From NCBI RefSeq assembly GCF_032191835.1, contig NC_083237.1, positions 19,902,001-19,966,000 of the forward strand: 64,000 nucleotides of DNA, read 5' to 3'. The stretch is from Heteronotia binoei (taxonomy: Eukaryota). A program made the position numbers and the translations under genes. The first letter of the stretch is position 1, and each line of letters opens with the position of its first letter. The notes beneath the pieces were generated by a model, which was not told the DNA's origin, made no database searches, and saw only the letters and a list, made by a program, of their open reading frames with translations. This document shows positions 12,445 to 23,483 of the stretch, one piece after another.

Positions 12445-12891
12445 TCATCCACTCATAGTAAGGACTTCATCTAGGTGCACGGGCAAGCTGTTTTCATCGC
12501 AGTGAACGATCAGGCGCCTGGTGCTGAGGGTGGCGTAGTAGATGCACTCCCGAGCCCGGGTCACCAACCCCAGCCTGCAGATGGTGATGGGGTAGTATAT
12601 TTTGCTCTGACGCTTCCCGGTGCCTTTGTAGGGATTCCCGCCAGCCCCACACACGTCCTGGAGGTGTGCCTCAGAGGCGTGGATGAAAACGTTGAATGGC
12701 TTGCATGACTGGAAGAGGCTCCTGTAATTCATCTGAACTTCGCAGTATTCGGCGTTCTCGATGTTCGTTTTGGGATTGTCGTGGTGCTGCCTCAGGAACA
12801 TCTGGTACTTCTCGTTGTAGTGGGCAGTGGCGCCCACCAGCAGGTAGGTGGCGGCCGCAAGGTAAAGGGGCATCCTCTTCCAAGTCCACAT
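12445..12891 (-). CDS. RNase A superfamily protein 'RNase-a' (148 aa, secreted), catalytic triad intact
   Basis: Signal peptide; FLRQH (His12), CKPFNVF (Lys41), PVHLD (His119/Asp121); 6 Cys. accATG just after acceptor ctgcag| at 12898; the ORF track's GTG start is the exon boundary. AATAAA at 12399-12404. Confidence 0.95.
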   Translation of the reverse strand: MWTWKRMPLYLAAATYLLVGATAHYNEKYQMFLRQHHDNPKTNIENAEYCEVQMNYRSLFQSCKPFNVFIHASEAHLQDVCGAGGNPYKGTGKRQSKIYYPITICRLGLVTRARECIYYATLSTRRLIVHCDENSLPVHLDEVLTMSG

Positions 12892-13006
12892 GGTCACCTG
12901 CAGTTCAAGGAAGGGACAGTGACCTTGGTCCTACGTCCCAGCAAGGAACTGATACCCAAAATAGGCCATCAGAGAGGCCCAGCAGCCTTTTAAATACTGT
13001 TTTCAG

Positions 13007-13188
13007 CAGGGCTTTTTTTGTAGCAGGAACTCCTTTGCATATTAGGCCACACCTCCCCAATGTAGCCAATCCTCCTGGAGCTTACAATAGGCTCTGTATT
13101 AAGAGCCCTGTGAGCTCCAAGAAGATGGGCTACGTCAGGGGTGTCTGGCCTGATATGTGAAGGAGTTCCTGCTACAAAAAAAGCCCTG
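13007..13188. mobile_element. Palindromic hAT MITE (182 bp, CAGGGCTTTTT termini) in the RNase-a intron
   Basis: Perfect 8-bp TSD GTTTTCAG. Related copies at 23553-24083 (with a nested MITE), 31605-31803, 50922-51140, 59845-60010 and 61407-61582. Confidence 0.9.
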
Positions 13189-14104
13189 GTTTTCAGTATT
13201 TTGATTTTCACTATTGTATTCCGGACCAACATCTGCATACCCAGAGGAAGGGCTACTGAGGTCCAGGTCTTCTGACCACACACCACCCCTGCTTCCCACT
13301 ATCCCTGCCTCCAGCCTCTTGCTTGCAAGCACTCTGATGCCCACACTGTTACCAGCATCATCAGGTGAGGGACATGCGGGCACTGCAGGCCTCTATGACT
13401 GCAGCAGTTGAGAGGGCCTATGAAGGGGTGGGGAAAGAGTGAACAAGCATGTGGGTCAGTGGCTGGGAAGAGAGGCCTGACAGTAGGCAGAGGAGGCTAT
13501 GGGCAAGGGGTGGCCAAACTGGCTCAGGAGCCACATGTGGCTCTTTCACACATATTGTGTGGTTCTAGAAGCCATCACCGCCCTGCCTGCTGGCTTGGAG
13601 AAGGTGTTTTTTCCTCTTTAAATCACTTCTTCAAGCTAAGCCAGCTGCAGGCTTGGAGAATGCTTTTAAAGTTGCTTTCTTTCTACCTCTCCCTCCCCAT
13701 CTATCTTCCTTCCTCCCTCCCTCCCTTTTCCTCCTTCCCTCCCTCCCTCCCATAAACACCTGGCATTTATCCTGTGTGGTTCTTATGTTAAGCAAATTTG
13801 GCCACCCCTGTCTGGGCACTCTGCTCAAGCCCTCCCTCACCAAAACCCCCCAACAACCTGGAACTGACCCTGATTGTATTGACTGCTGGGGATCAATATT
13901 CACTCTGAGCTGCAGAGTCTTGTGAGCAAAAATTCTACTTTGTGAGCTAGTGGCATTATAATTGTGAGCCACTGCATAAATTAGTTTGCTCTGGGACCAT
14001 TTTTCCTGAGCTAAGACAAAAATATGTGAGCCAGGGGCTAAAAAAACCCGGTGAGCTAGCTTACACTAACTCAGCTTAGAGGGAACGCTGCTGGGGGTGC
14101 AGAA

Positions 14105-14275
14105 TGGTATAATATCGCCTCATCCTGTCAGATTTCGGAAGCTAAGCAGGGTCGGTACTTGGATGGGAGACCACCAAGGAAGGCTCTGTCCAGGAAGGCA
14201 GTCCCCTCTGATTCCCCCTTCCTTGGAAAGCCCCTTTCTGAGGGCGTCATAAGCCAACTGCAACTTCACAGCACA
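14105..14275 (+). mobile_element. 5S rRNA-derived SINE (other copies at about 17230-17285, 45880-46000, 52650-52772, 60440-60620)
   Basis: CGGAAGCTAAGCAGGGTCGG...TACTTGGATGGGAGACC from 5S rRNA with internal deletion, followed by a non-5S body. Confidence 0.75.
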
Positions 14276-14460
14276 TAGATACATACATAACGATAGCCAC
14301 AGATATTGACTGCGGGCTTTTCTGTAGATCTCTGTATTATTCGGGGCTTGCGGGAAAACCAAATAGGCAAAGCTTCAAACCATCACAGTCAAATGGTCCA
14401 AATTCCATTTGGAGCCTAATAAAAGGAAATCAGCATCGTCGCCTTTTTTTTTTTTTTTAC

Positions 14461-14551
14461 CTGAATCTGGTGCTGGATGCGGATGTCCAAGTGCTGTTGC
14501 AGATTTCGTCCAGGAAGCTTCACAGCATCAGGTTCCCTCGAAGTATATATA
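14461..14551 (-). promoter_or_regulatory. Predicted TATA box and non-coding exon 1 of RNase-a
   Basis: TATATATA at 14544-14551, then donor CAG|GTAAAA at 14460 about 85 nt downstream; fits the canonical RNase A gene layout (non-coding exon, intron, single coding exon). Confidence 0.6.
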
Positions 14552-15081
14552 CCGAGAGAGTGTGTCCTGGCAAGAGAACACCCAAGGCAATTGAATAGGA
14601 TGTGGGGATGACAGGAACAAAAAGCCCCAACTGCACCTAGAACAGAACACTCTTTCGCCTGAGGTTGTGAGGTGTTTTCTCCTGGCAGGGACCTCAACTG
14701 CTGTGTGACAGGCCACGCTTTCCCTGAGGAGACTTTTTGGTTGTTCTTTCAGGAAGGCGGCCATGCCATGGTAGCAGTCAGTCACACATTACACAGTATA
14801 CAGGCAGGCAGATAAGAACTGTCACCGCTATCAGAAGATGTCTGAGAGACTTGGGTTACAGGAGCGTGTGGTTAGGACCTGCAGAGTGGGCTCATCTGTT
14901 TATCTGAGATTATTCTTTCAAAGCATAAAAGGGCGTTCATTCTAGAGCAGGGGTGGCCAAACTGGCTCGGGAGCCGCATGTGGCTATTTCACACATACTG
15001 TGTGGATCTCGAAGCCCCCACTACCCTATTGGCTGGCTTGGAGAAGACATTTCTCTCTTTTATATCACTTCTGTTCTTTAG

Positions 15082-15360
15082 GAGAGCCAGTTTGGTGTAG
15101 TGGTGAAGTGTGCGGACTCTTATCTGGGAGAACCGGGTTTGATTCCCCACTCCTCCACTTGCACCTGCTGGAATGGCCTTGGGTTAACCATCGCTCTCAC
15201 AGGAGTTGTCCTTGAAAGGGCAGCTGCTGTGAGAGCCCTCTCAGCCCCACCCACCTCACAGGGTGTCTGTTGTGGGGGAGGAAGGGAAAGGAGATTGTGA
15301 GCCGCTCTGAGACTCTTCGGAGTGGAGGGCGGGATATAAATCCAATATCTTCTTCTTCTC
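15082..15360 (+). mobile_element. tRNA-derived Sauria-type SINE nested in a MITE
   Basis: Full copy with (TTC)n tail interrupting a CAGGGGTGGCCAA MITE. Confidence 0.85.
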
Positions 15361-16839
15361 CAAGCCAAGCTAGCCACAAGCTTGAAGAATGCATTTAAAA
15401 CTGATTTTTTTTCATTTCCCCCTCCCTCCCCCATCTATTTGCCTTCCTTCCTGCTCTCAAACGTTGGATGTTCATGTCTTGCAGCTCTCAAACATCTGAC
15501 GTTTGTTCTATGTGGCTCTTACGTTAAGCGAGTTTGGCCACTCCTGTTCTAGAGTGCCTGAGTGTTCTACTTTAAGCTGTGATGTCACGAAGATGGGATT
15601 TCATACTCAGATCCAGGCCTCAGATTCAGCAGGAGCTCACAGGAGTGCAGCTCCTGAACCTTTCTGAGGGTTGCTCCTCTTCCTCCCCACCTACCTTGTC
15701 CATTGAATAGGAGGTGCAGCTGCATAACAATCCCTGGATTAGGAGAGGGGGCAGCTAGCCAGCCCCCAAGGGCTTTGCCATGCCTCTGTCCCACTATTGG
15801 TGAGCCTGCCTTTGTCCCCCTTCCCCCTCAGTTGCCAGAAGGGAACTGGTAGCCCTGTAATTCAGCCCTTAATGATAATTTCCAAATTGTTCTTTAAAAA
15901 GTTTGAAGAATTGGTTTAGGTCAGAAATCAGAAAGGGGTGGTGTGGCTGAAAAAAGACAATTTGTCCTTCCCAGACCAAACAAACTAGCTGTCCTTTGCA
16001 AAGAAGGCATCTTGGTTGGTACCTTCCTTAGGGTGGGGGACCAACGGGCATTCAGAGCATTTGTTCCTGCTCAGGCTGCGGAAACAGGCAAAGCAGCTGA
16101 AGCCAGCTCAGAGGCACACAGTACGGTTCTCCTTCAGGGAGCCAGAGAAAGCCTGAACAATAAGCTGCAAGTTCAGAAATCCACCCTTCAAAGACATGAA
16201 CCACCAAGTTTGATATTGTTGTAGAAGGGTAGTGAGACTAGAGGGGCACCGTTCCTAATAGATCCTAAATCAAGTGGATGGGAAAGTCTGAGAAAGGCAG
16301 ATCTTGGCTATTTTTGGGTAGGAATACACAGGAAAGCAGTTCTGTCTGGTTTGGCATCAGGGTGTGTGGCCTAATATGCAAATGAGTTCCTGCTGGGCTT
16401 TTTCCACAAAAGCCCTGCTTTTACGAGAATCAAACCATGCATCCTCATTTTCATGTTTTTTTTGTTACCTTATGCCAAGATTTCTCTGTTAAATGTATTC
16501 ACTTTTCTTTTAAAAATAGGATATACAAAAGCAACAACAGAAACCCATCACTTGCGGAAGTGTGACAGAGGTCAATCCTAAGCATGTATACTCAGACATA
16601 AGTCCAGTTTCATTCAATGAGACTTACTCTCATGTAGGAATTGGTACAATTGCAGCCTAACAGCATGTAGATGTGCTCTCAAGTTGCAACTGAATTATGG
16701 GGACCCCAGTCAGCAAGAAGCTTTCCTGGTGAGACAGAAGCAGAGGGAGTTCAGGCATTGCCTTCCTCTGCATAACCTTCCTGCTGGGCTTTTTCCACAA
16801 AAGCCCTGCTTTTACGAGAATCAAACCATGCATCCTCAT

Positions 16840-17080
16840 GGTGTAGTGGTTAAGTGTGCGGACTCTTATCTGGGAGAACCGGGTTTGATTCCCCACTCCT
16901 CCACTTGCACCTGCTGGAATGGCCTTGGGTCAGCCATAGCTATCGCAGGAGTTGTCCTTGAAAGGGCAGCTGCTGTGAGAGCCCTCTCAGCCCCACCCAC
17001 CTCACAGGGTGACTGTTGTGGGGGGAGAAGATACAGGAGATTGTAAGCCGCTCTGAGTCTCTGATTCAGAGAGAAGGGCG
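16840..17080 (+). mobile_element. tRNA-derived Sauria-type SINE running into an assembly gap
   Basis: Slightly 5'-clipped copy ending at the N run. Confidence 0.85.
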
Positions 17081-17224
17081 NNNNNNNNNNNNNNNNNNNN
17101 NNNNNNNNNNNNNNNNNNNNNNNNNNNNNNNNNNNNNNNNNNNNNNNNNNNNNNNNNNNNNNNNNNNNNNNNNNNNNNNNNNNNNNNNNNNNNNNNNNNN
17201 NNNNNNNNNNNNNNNNNNNNNNNN
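17081..17224. other. Assembly gap
   Basis: 144 N. Confidence 1.
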
Positions 17225-17617
17225 AGAGTTCCAGCCCTGCTTAGCTTTACAGGTCTGATGAGATCAAACTATACCATAGTCTGCCTTCCCTTCTAGCCTA
17301 ACAGTGCAGTTCCAATAATATCTGTTTGCGATCAAATCCATGCCTGAATTGGAAATATGAGACTGTACCAGAGCTTAAAATAAGCAAAAGAATCACCAAT
17401 GGATATGGGTGGACCAAAACTTCCCCCCAAAAAGAAACGTTGGGGGTGGGGAAGGTGAAAATGATGATATAGTTGGTCCTTATTTGAAATGGTTAACTCT
17501 CCCTGCCCCTCCGCTTCCCCAACTGGTTCTGCTTCAAAAGCTACTTTTTGCCAACTTGAATGATGGAGCTAGAACCTGAGGCGCAAGCAGTCCAGGGAGA
17601 AAAGGTTCCCTCAGCTA

Positions 17618-18031
17618 TAGGGTTGCCAAGTCCTCTTCATCCCCCGGCAGGGGACATTCGCGTGCGTGGTGTGTGCGCAATGAAATGATGTCACCTGGAA
17701 GTGACATCATCAAAATGACAGTGCCCGTGCGGGGCTGCTCTAGGCGTTTCCAGGAAAACTCTATGGTTTTCCCAGACGCGCTAGCTATTTGGGAGGTTAA
17801 AACTCTATTGCACCTCCCAAATGGCTAGAGCGTTCGGGAAAACCATAGAGCTTTCCCAGAAACGCCTAGAGCGGCCCCGCACGGGTGATGCCATTTTGAT
17901 CACTTCTGGGTGACGTCATCATGCCAGCGACACAGGGGGAGGTTCCCCTATGCCAGCCCACTGTGGGCCGGCGGGCTGAAAACCTCCCGGGCGGGAGATT
18001 CCCCGCCTGGACCGGGGGCTTGGCAGCCCTA
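17618..18031. mobile_element. hAT-type palindromic MITE (414 bp)
   Basis: TAGGGTTGCCA...TGGCAGCCCTA termini; perfect 8-bp TSD CTCAGCTA; internal palindrome. Confidence 0.88.
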
Positions 18032-20199
18032 CTCAGCTAGCACCACCACATCCCTGACCAGAACTTTCCTGCCTGGCTCTTCTATTATTAGCATTTTTTA
18101 AAAAAAATAAAAATAAAAATGATAGAGATCTCTATATCCTTTACTGTCTACTTTAATCCATGCCAGCTTGTAATGCTAAGGATAACTCTTTCTCAACCCT
18201 GACACATGAGAAACTTTCTACCAGGAGTTTGTTTGGGATAGAAGAAGCTGGAAAATGCAGGCAACAGAACTGCTGTAAGCAGTGACTTTCTTTCAGGATG
18301 GACCTCCCAGTGGGGCCTGGAGATCTCTCAGGATAACAGCTGATCTCCAGACTACAAAGATTGGTTCCCCTGAAGAAAATGGCTGCTTTGGGGGGTGGAC
18401 TGTATGGCATTATACCCCCGCTGAAGTCACCCGTCTTCCCAAACCCTGCCCTCCCCAGTCTCCACCCCCAAATCTCCAGGAATTTCCCAACCCAGACTTG
18501 GCAACCGTAACTCAGCACGCATTCCCTCCTCCTGTTCAGTGTACACCAGGCTTTTGTTTGGGGTTTCAAAAAGAGTTTGGTCTTCCTGTGAACACTTGGA
18601 ACAAATCCACATGACTACAAAGCCAGCCTCCACCAGAATTTTCAAATAGTACCTTGTGGAACAGGGAAGATGGCATGATTTAAATGATGCACTTACCGCA
18701 GAGGGTTTTCTCTGCTCATTTGACATATTTGTTTATCTGTAAGCATTACTACATGCGCTGAAGAATCCCAGGACTGGATCTACATTTTGGGGGGGGGGGG
18801 GAGAGGGGGCAAAATTAAAAAATAAAGCCACCTTGTGGGCCCATTCTATCTTATGGGCCCATAGAATAGAATAGACTTCACACCCAGTTTGGCACACGCA
18901 CCCCTCCGCTGGTGCCTGGGGCAAGTGTCCCCTCCACCCCACCCTAGATCCGGCCACGAAGAATCCACTTCCAAATTTCTGTGATTGATGGGACTTTCTT
19001 AGTCTGTGGCATTTTTAATGACTGTGTTAATGCTTACAGCAAAGGCGGGTTTTGGAATCCACAGTCCCTTGTGTTCTGATTTCTAACTGCCTGAAGGAAA
19101 GGAGACCATCTAGCAATCTGCGTTTCTCTGGTTCTCCTTCAAAGTACTGACTGGATACTTCTACAACTTCGTTTAGAAGCTGACAATTAATCATGGGATA
19201 TAAAATTGCTTGTGCTCAGAGTGGAGGATGAATCACAATAGATTTTTAAAAAACCCTTTAAGACAGGCAGTGCATGTTATCATTTGCAGTTATTAGTACT
19301 GGCAGCCAGTATTTTCCCAACTTCGCCGGGTCAGGCAGCTAGCCACCTTCCTCTCTAACTCAGATCCATGCAATGGTCACTTTGAGATTGGATTACTGCA
19401 ACTTGTTCTACATAAGGTAGAGTTGCCAGGTTTGACTCAAGAAATATCTGGGAACTTTGGGGGTGGAGTCAGGAGCAAGGGTGTGAAAAGCATGATTGAA
19501 CTCAGAAGGAGGTTCTGGCCATCACATTTAAAAGGACCACATGCCTGATATATGCCTTCCCTCCGTTTGAAAATAATGAAGGATAGGGGCACCTTCTTTT
19601 GGGGCCCATAGTATTGGACCCCCTGGTCCAATCCTTTTGAAACTTGGAGTGCGTTTTGAGGAGAGGTATTGGATGCTATGCTGAAAATTTAGTGTACCTC
19701 AAAAACAACCCCCTCCCAGAGCCCCAGATACCCATGGATCAATTTCCCACTATACCCAATGGGAATCAGTTCTCTTAGGGAATAATGGAGTGCCCTGCAG
19801 CCGTTTCCCTCCCCGCCTTTCTGATAACCCTGAAGCAGGGGGAAGGCTTTCAGACCAGGGATCCCCTGGTCCCAACGGGGGATTGGCAACCCTAAACTAT
19901 GGCTTGGGAAATCCCTGGAGATATGGGGCCAGACCCTGAGGGGGGCAGACCCTGTTGGGGGGGGGGGCTGGAGCTCAGCAGGGATGGGATGTTATAAAGA
20001 GTCCACCCTCTGAAGCTGCCTTTTCCTCCAGAGGAACTGATGTCTGTAGTCTCTCTGGAGATCACTTGTAATTTTGTAAAAACTCCAGAACCTTCCTGGA
20101 GGTTGGCAACCATAGATCAATGATCTACAATTTGCTCCTCTCATATCCATAATTTTAAATTTAATTATGCCCCTTAACTAGGATCTCACCCTCTTTAGT

Positions 20200-21150
20200 C
20201 TGATAGTTTAGAAATATTTTTTTTTCCATACCAGGGTTAATACCAGTGAGGGGAAGGGGTGGAGGTGGTTCTATTCAGGAAATGTTACAGAGCAGCGAGA
20301 AATATTTAGTTTTCAAATAAATGAAGGATCTCTCCATCCCTTACCACCCTCCTCCCCCATATATCTTCCCGAGTCTTTGCACCTGAATAAAAATGCACAG
20401 GACCGGTCTGTTAATGTGATCAGTTATTACTCAGAATCTCTTTTATTTGCCATGGATAATTTACAAATTGTGCACAATCCAGAATCTTACAAACAAGCTA
20501 TAATATGTATAGCTGTGATGGGGGGGGGGGGATCTAATGATTGCCTCCTGTTGCAACCTCAAAGGAAACATTCAGAGATTTTCTTTATAAGTGGCACGGA
20601 AGTAAATAAACCATTTGGTGAATCTGCTTCTTTTCCTCTGAAGTTGAGAAGTCATTGTTTTCAGCAAAATTTATAAAGTTTATGTGCTTGTATGTGTGCT
20701 TTAACCATATCTCAGACTTGAATCACCAAAGCACAATCTAGTTTTCCAAAAACACACATATCAAAGATTACCAAGATTTAAATATGTACCCACTTTTTCT
20801 GCTCCAATCCAAAATAGATGATTCGTCCCCATAAAATCTAGGTTAATTTCTTCAGATTTTGCGTAGATAATCTAATGCACTGGATGCCACAACCCAATAA
20901 TGTTCTCTTAATTAAAAAACTGGCCTGGAGCCACCTTCTGCTCTGATGAAACAGGAAATAAAAGACCCCATTGGCTACCAAAACAGTCTATTCTGGGGAT
21001 CATGAGACTGGCATGTACAAAACCTGTGTGGGATGGAGGCTATAGTGAGAAGGGAAATTAAGCAAGACCAAGTGAAAAAGCTGGCTGCATCCAACCAGTG
21101 CAATTTTTGTATGAATGTACAACAGAATGTCAAATTAGGGTTGCCACCAG
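20200..21150 (+). mobile_element. Possible heavily decayed L1/Tx1 ORF2 fragment
   Basis: Weak motif remnants only (SLLFAMDNLQIVHNPES; LPRFKY...PI) with many stops. Confidence 0.3.
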
Positions 21151-23039
21151 CCCAGCACAGTTGCTGTGGGAGCATATGGAGGCAGAGGCTTCCAAAAAGA
21201 GCATTGCATGATGCCACACTGTCATTTCAGGCTAGGAACCTGGGAGTGACATTGGCACAACATAGGGTTGCCAGATCCAATTCAAGAAATATCTGGGGAC
21301 TTTGGGGGTGGAGCCAGGAGACATTGGGGTGCAGCCAGGAGCAAGGTTGTGACAAGCATAATTGAACTCCAAAGCGAGGTCTGGCCATCATATTTAAAGG
21401 GACCGCACAACTTTTAAATGCCTACCCTTCAATGGAAATAATGAAGAATAGAGGCACCTTCTTTTGGGGCGTATAGAATTGGCTCTCTGGTCCAATCCTT
21501 TTGAAACTTTGAGTGTGTTTTGGAGAGAGGCACCAGATGCTATGCTGAAAATTTGGTGCCTCTACCACAAAAGACAAAACAGCCTCTCCAAGCCCCAGAT
21601 ACCTACAGATCAATTCTCCATTATACCATATGGGAATCGGTCTCCATAGGGAATAATGGAGTACCCAGCAGACATTTCTCTCCCCCCCCCAACACACACA
21701 CTTTCCGATGACCCTGAGGTGAGGAGATGGCCTACAAACCAGGGGATCCCCTGCCCCCACCTGAAAACTGGCAACCCTTGCACAACATGACAACACTCTA
21801 GGATGTCTCTCAATCTCATTGGTAAAAAAATAGATATGGTAACTCTCTCAAAACCATAGATAGAGATCAAGAAAATTCCTAGAAGGTTAGTGCATTGTAC
21901 CAATGTCATGTTGGGGTTCCAGCCCAAAGCAGTGTCGGCAGCATCGTGCAATACTGTCCCCCCCCACCCCCCCTTTTCCACATACACCCTGCCAGCCCAC
22001 TGAGTGCCAGTGGGGATGGGGAATACCAGTGGGATTTTGCCCGCTATAATTAGGCAAATAGCAACTCTGAGGCTGCGATCACGCACATTAAATAATGCGC
22101 TTTCAATTCACAATGCACTTTCCAACTAGGGTTGCCAAGTCCAATTAAAGAAATATCTGGGGACTTTGAGGGTGGAGCAAGGAGACTTTGGGGGTGGAGC
22201 AAGGAGACATTGGGGGCGGAGCCAGGAACAAGGGTGTGACAAGCATAATTGAACTCCAAGGGAGTTCTGGCCATCACATTTAAAGGGACAGCACACCTTT
22301 TTAAATGTCTTCCTTCCATAGGAAATAATGAAGGATAGGGGCACCTTCTTTTGGGGCTCATAGAATTGAACCCCCTGGTCCAATTGTTTTGAAACTTGGG
22401 GGGTACTTTGGGGAGAGGTACTAGATACTATACTGAAAATGTGATGCCTCTACTTCCAAAAACAGCTCCCCCAGAGCCCCCGAAACCTCCAGATCAATTC
22501 CCCATCATACCCTATGAGAATTGATCTCCACATAGGGAATAATGAAGTGCTCAGCAGATGTTTCCCTCCCTCCTCCCCCCACTGTTTCTGGCGACTCTGA
22601 AGCAAGGGATTGGCCTCTCTACTCCCGAGTGGCTGCCAACTTATTCCAGGTAACACAGACACACCATCCCAAGAGGAAACCTTTCAATCGGAGACTGAGG
22701 TGGAAAAGCGCATGGTCCTCTGGGGGCGGGGCTTCCCCCCGCCAGCCAGCTGACTGGGGCAGGAAGGCGCCTGGGAAACCGGGAAAAACCCTGCTGGGAT
22801 CTGGGGAATAGGCAAGCCTATTTCCAACTGGATTTTACTGTGTAACTGGCAAAATCCAGTTGTAAAGTACACTGAAAGTGGATTGAAAGTGCATTATTTA
22901 GTGTGGGTGATCGCAGCCTGAGTGAAATACAGAGACTAATAGGGGAGAGGATTGTCATACATCAACTCTGAGGAGTTTTTGCCTTCAGAGACTTGTGCTA
23001 TCAATTATTTCCTATAGTGGTTACAGTCTGGGATCCTTG

Positions 23040-23483
23040 CTACATGAAATTGGTCTCTTCAAAAAGGTCAGGCCACCCCTTTTTGTCACAGGTAATCATG
23101 ATGAATCTCCTTCCCCTGTGGAAATCGTAGAAGCACCGGTTAGGTGCCGTGCTCTGCAGAAAGCAAGTGGTGACGGGAACCTCTACCTTGCTGATTCGCA
23201 AGTTCCGGCGGTAGTAGGTCCCCCCTCTCCAGTTGCAGATGTTATTCATGTCATCCCTGGAGATGTGGACGAAGCTGTTGGTCTGCTTGCAAGGAGTTGT
23301 CATCAATCTCTGTCTCATCATCGTGTTGCAGTACTCTGGTCCCGCATTGGTCTGGGGGAAGTCGATGTGTTCCCTCACGAACTTCCAATAGTGAGGAGTC
23401 TGGGAGGAGACGGAGGTCACAGCCAGAAAGGAAACCAGTAAGACCAGGACCAGCGCTTTGCTCCCTTTCAGCATGAGTGTCAT
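23040..23483 (-). CDS. RNase A superfamily protein 'RNase-b' (147 aa), lacks catalytic His119, predicted pseudoenzyme
   Basis: Signal peptide, mature N-terminal Gln, FVREH, CKQTNSF, 6 Cys; C-terminal PDLFEE replaces PVHF(D/E). Acceptor ttgcag| at 23502. No stop or frameshift. Confidence 0.93.
   Translation of the reverse strand: MTLMLKGSKALVLVLLVSFLAVTSVSSQTPHYWKFVREHIDFPQTNAGPEYCNTMMRQRLMTTPCKQTNSFVHISRDDMNNICNWRGGTYYRRNLRISKVEVPVTTCFLQSTAPNRCFYDFHRGRRFIMITCDKKGWPDLFEETNFM

Noticed and set aside
14105-14180. 5S rRNA gene
   Set aside because: Internally deleted, diverged and fused to a SINE body; the SINE tRNA heads are likewise not tRNA genes.
18690-18760. Orphan minus-strand donor GCG|GTAAGT as exon 1 of a lost RNase
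   Set aside because: No TATA box and no downstream RNase-like remnant; such hexamers are expected by chance.
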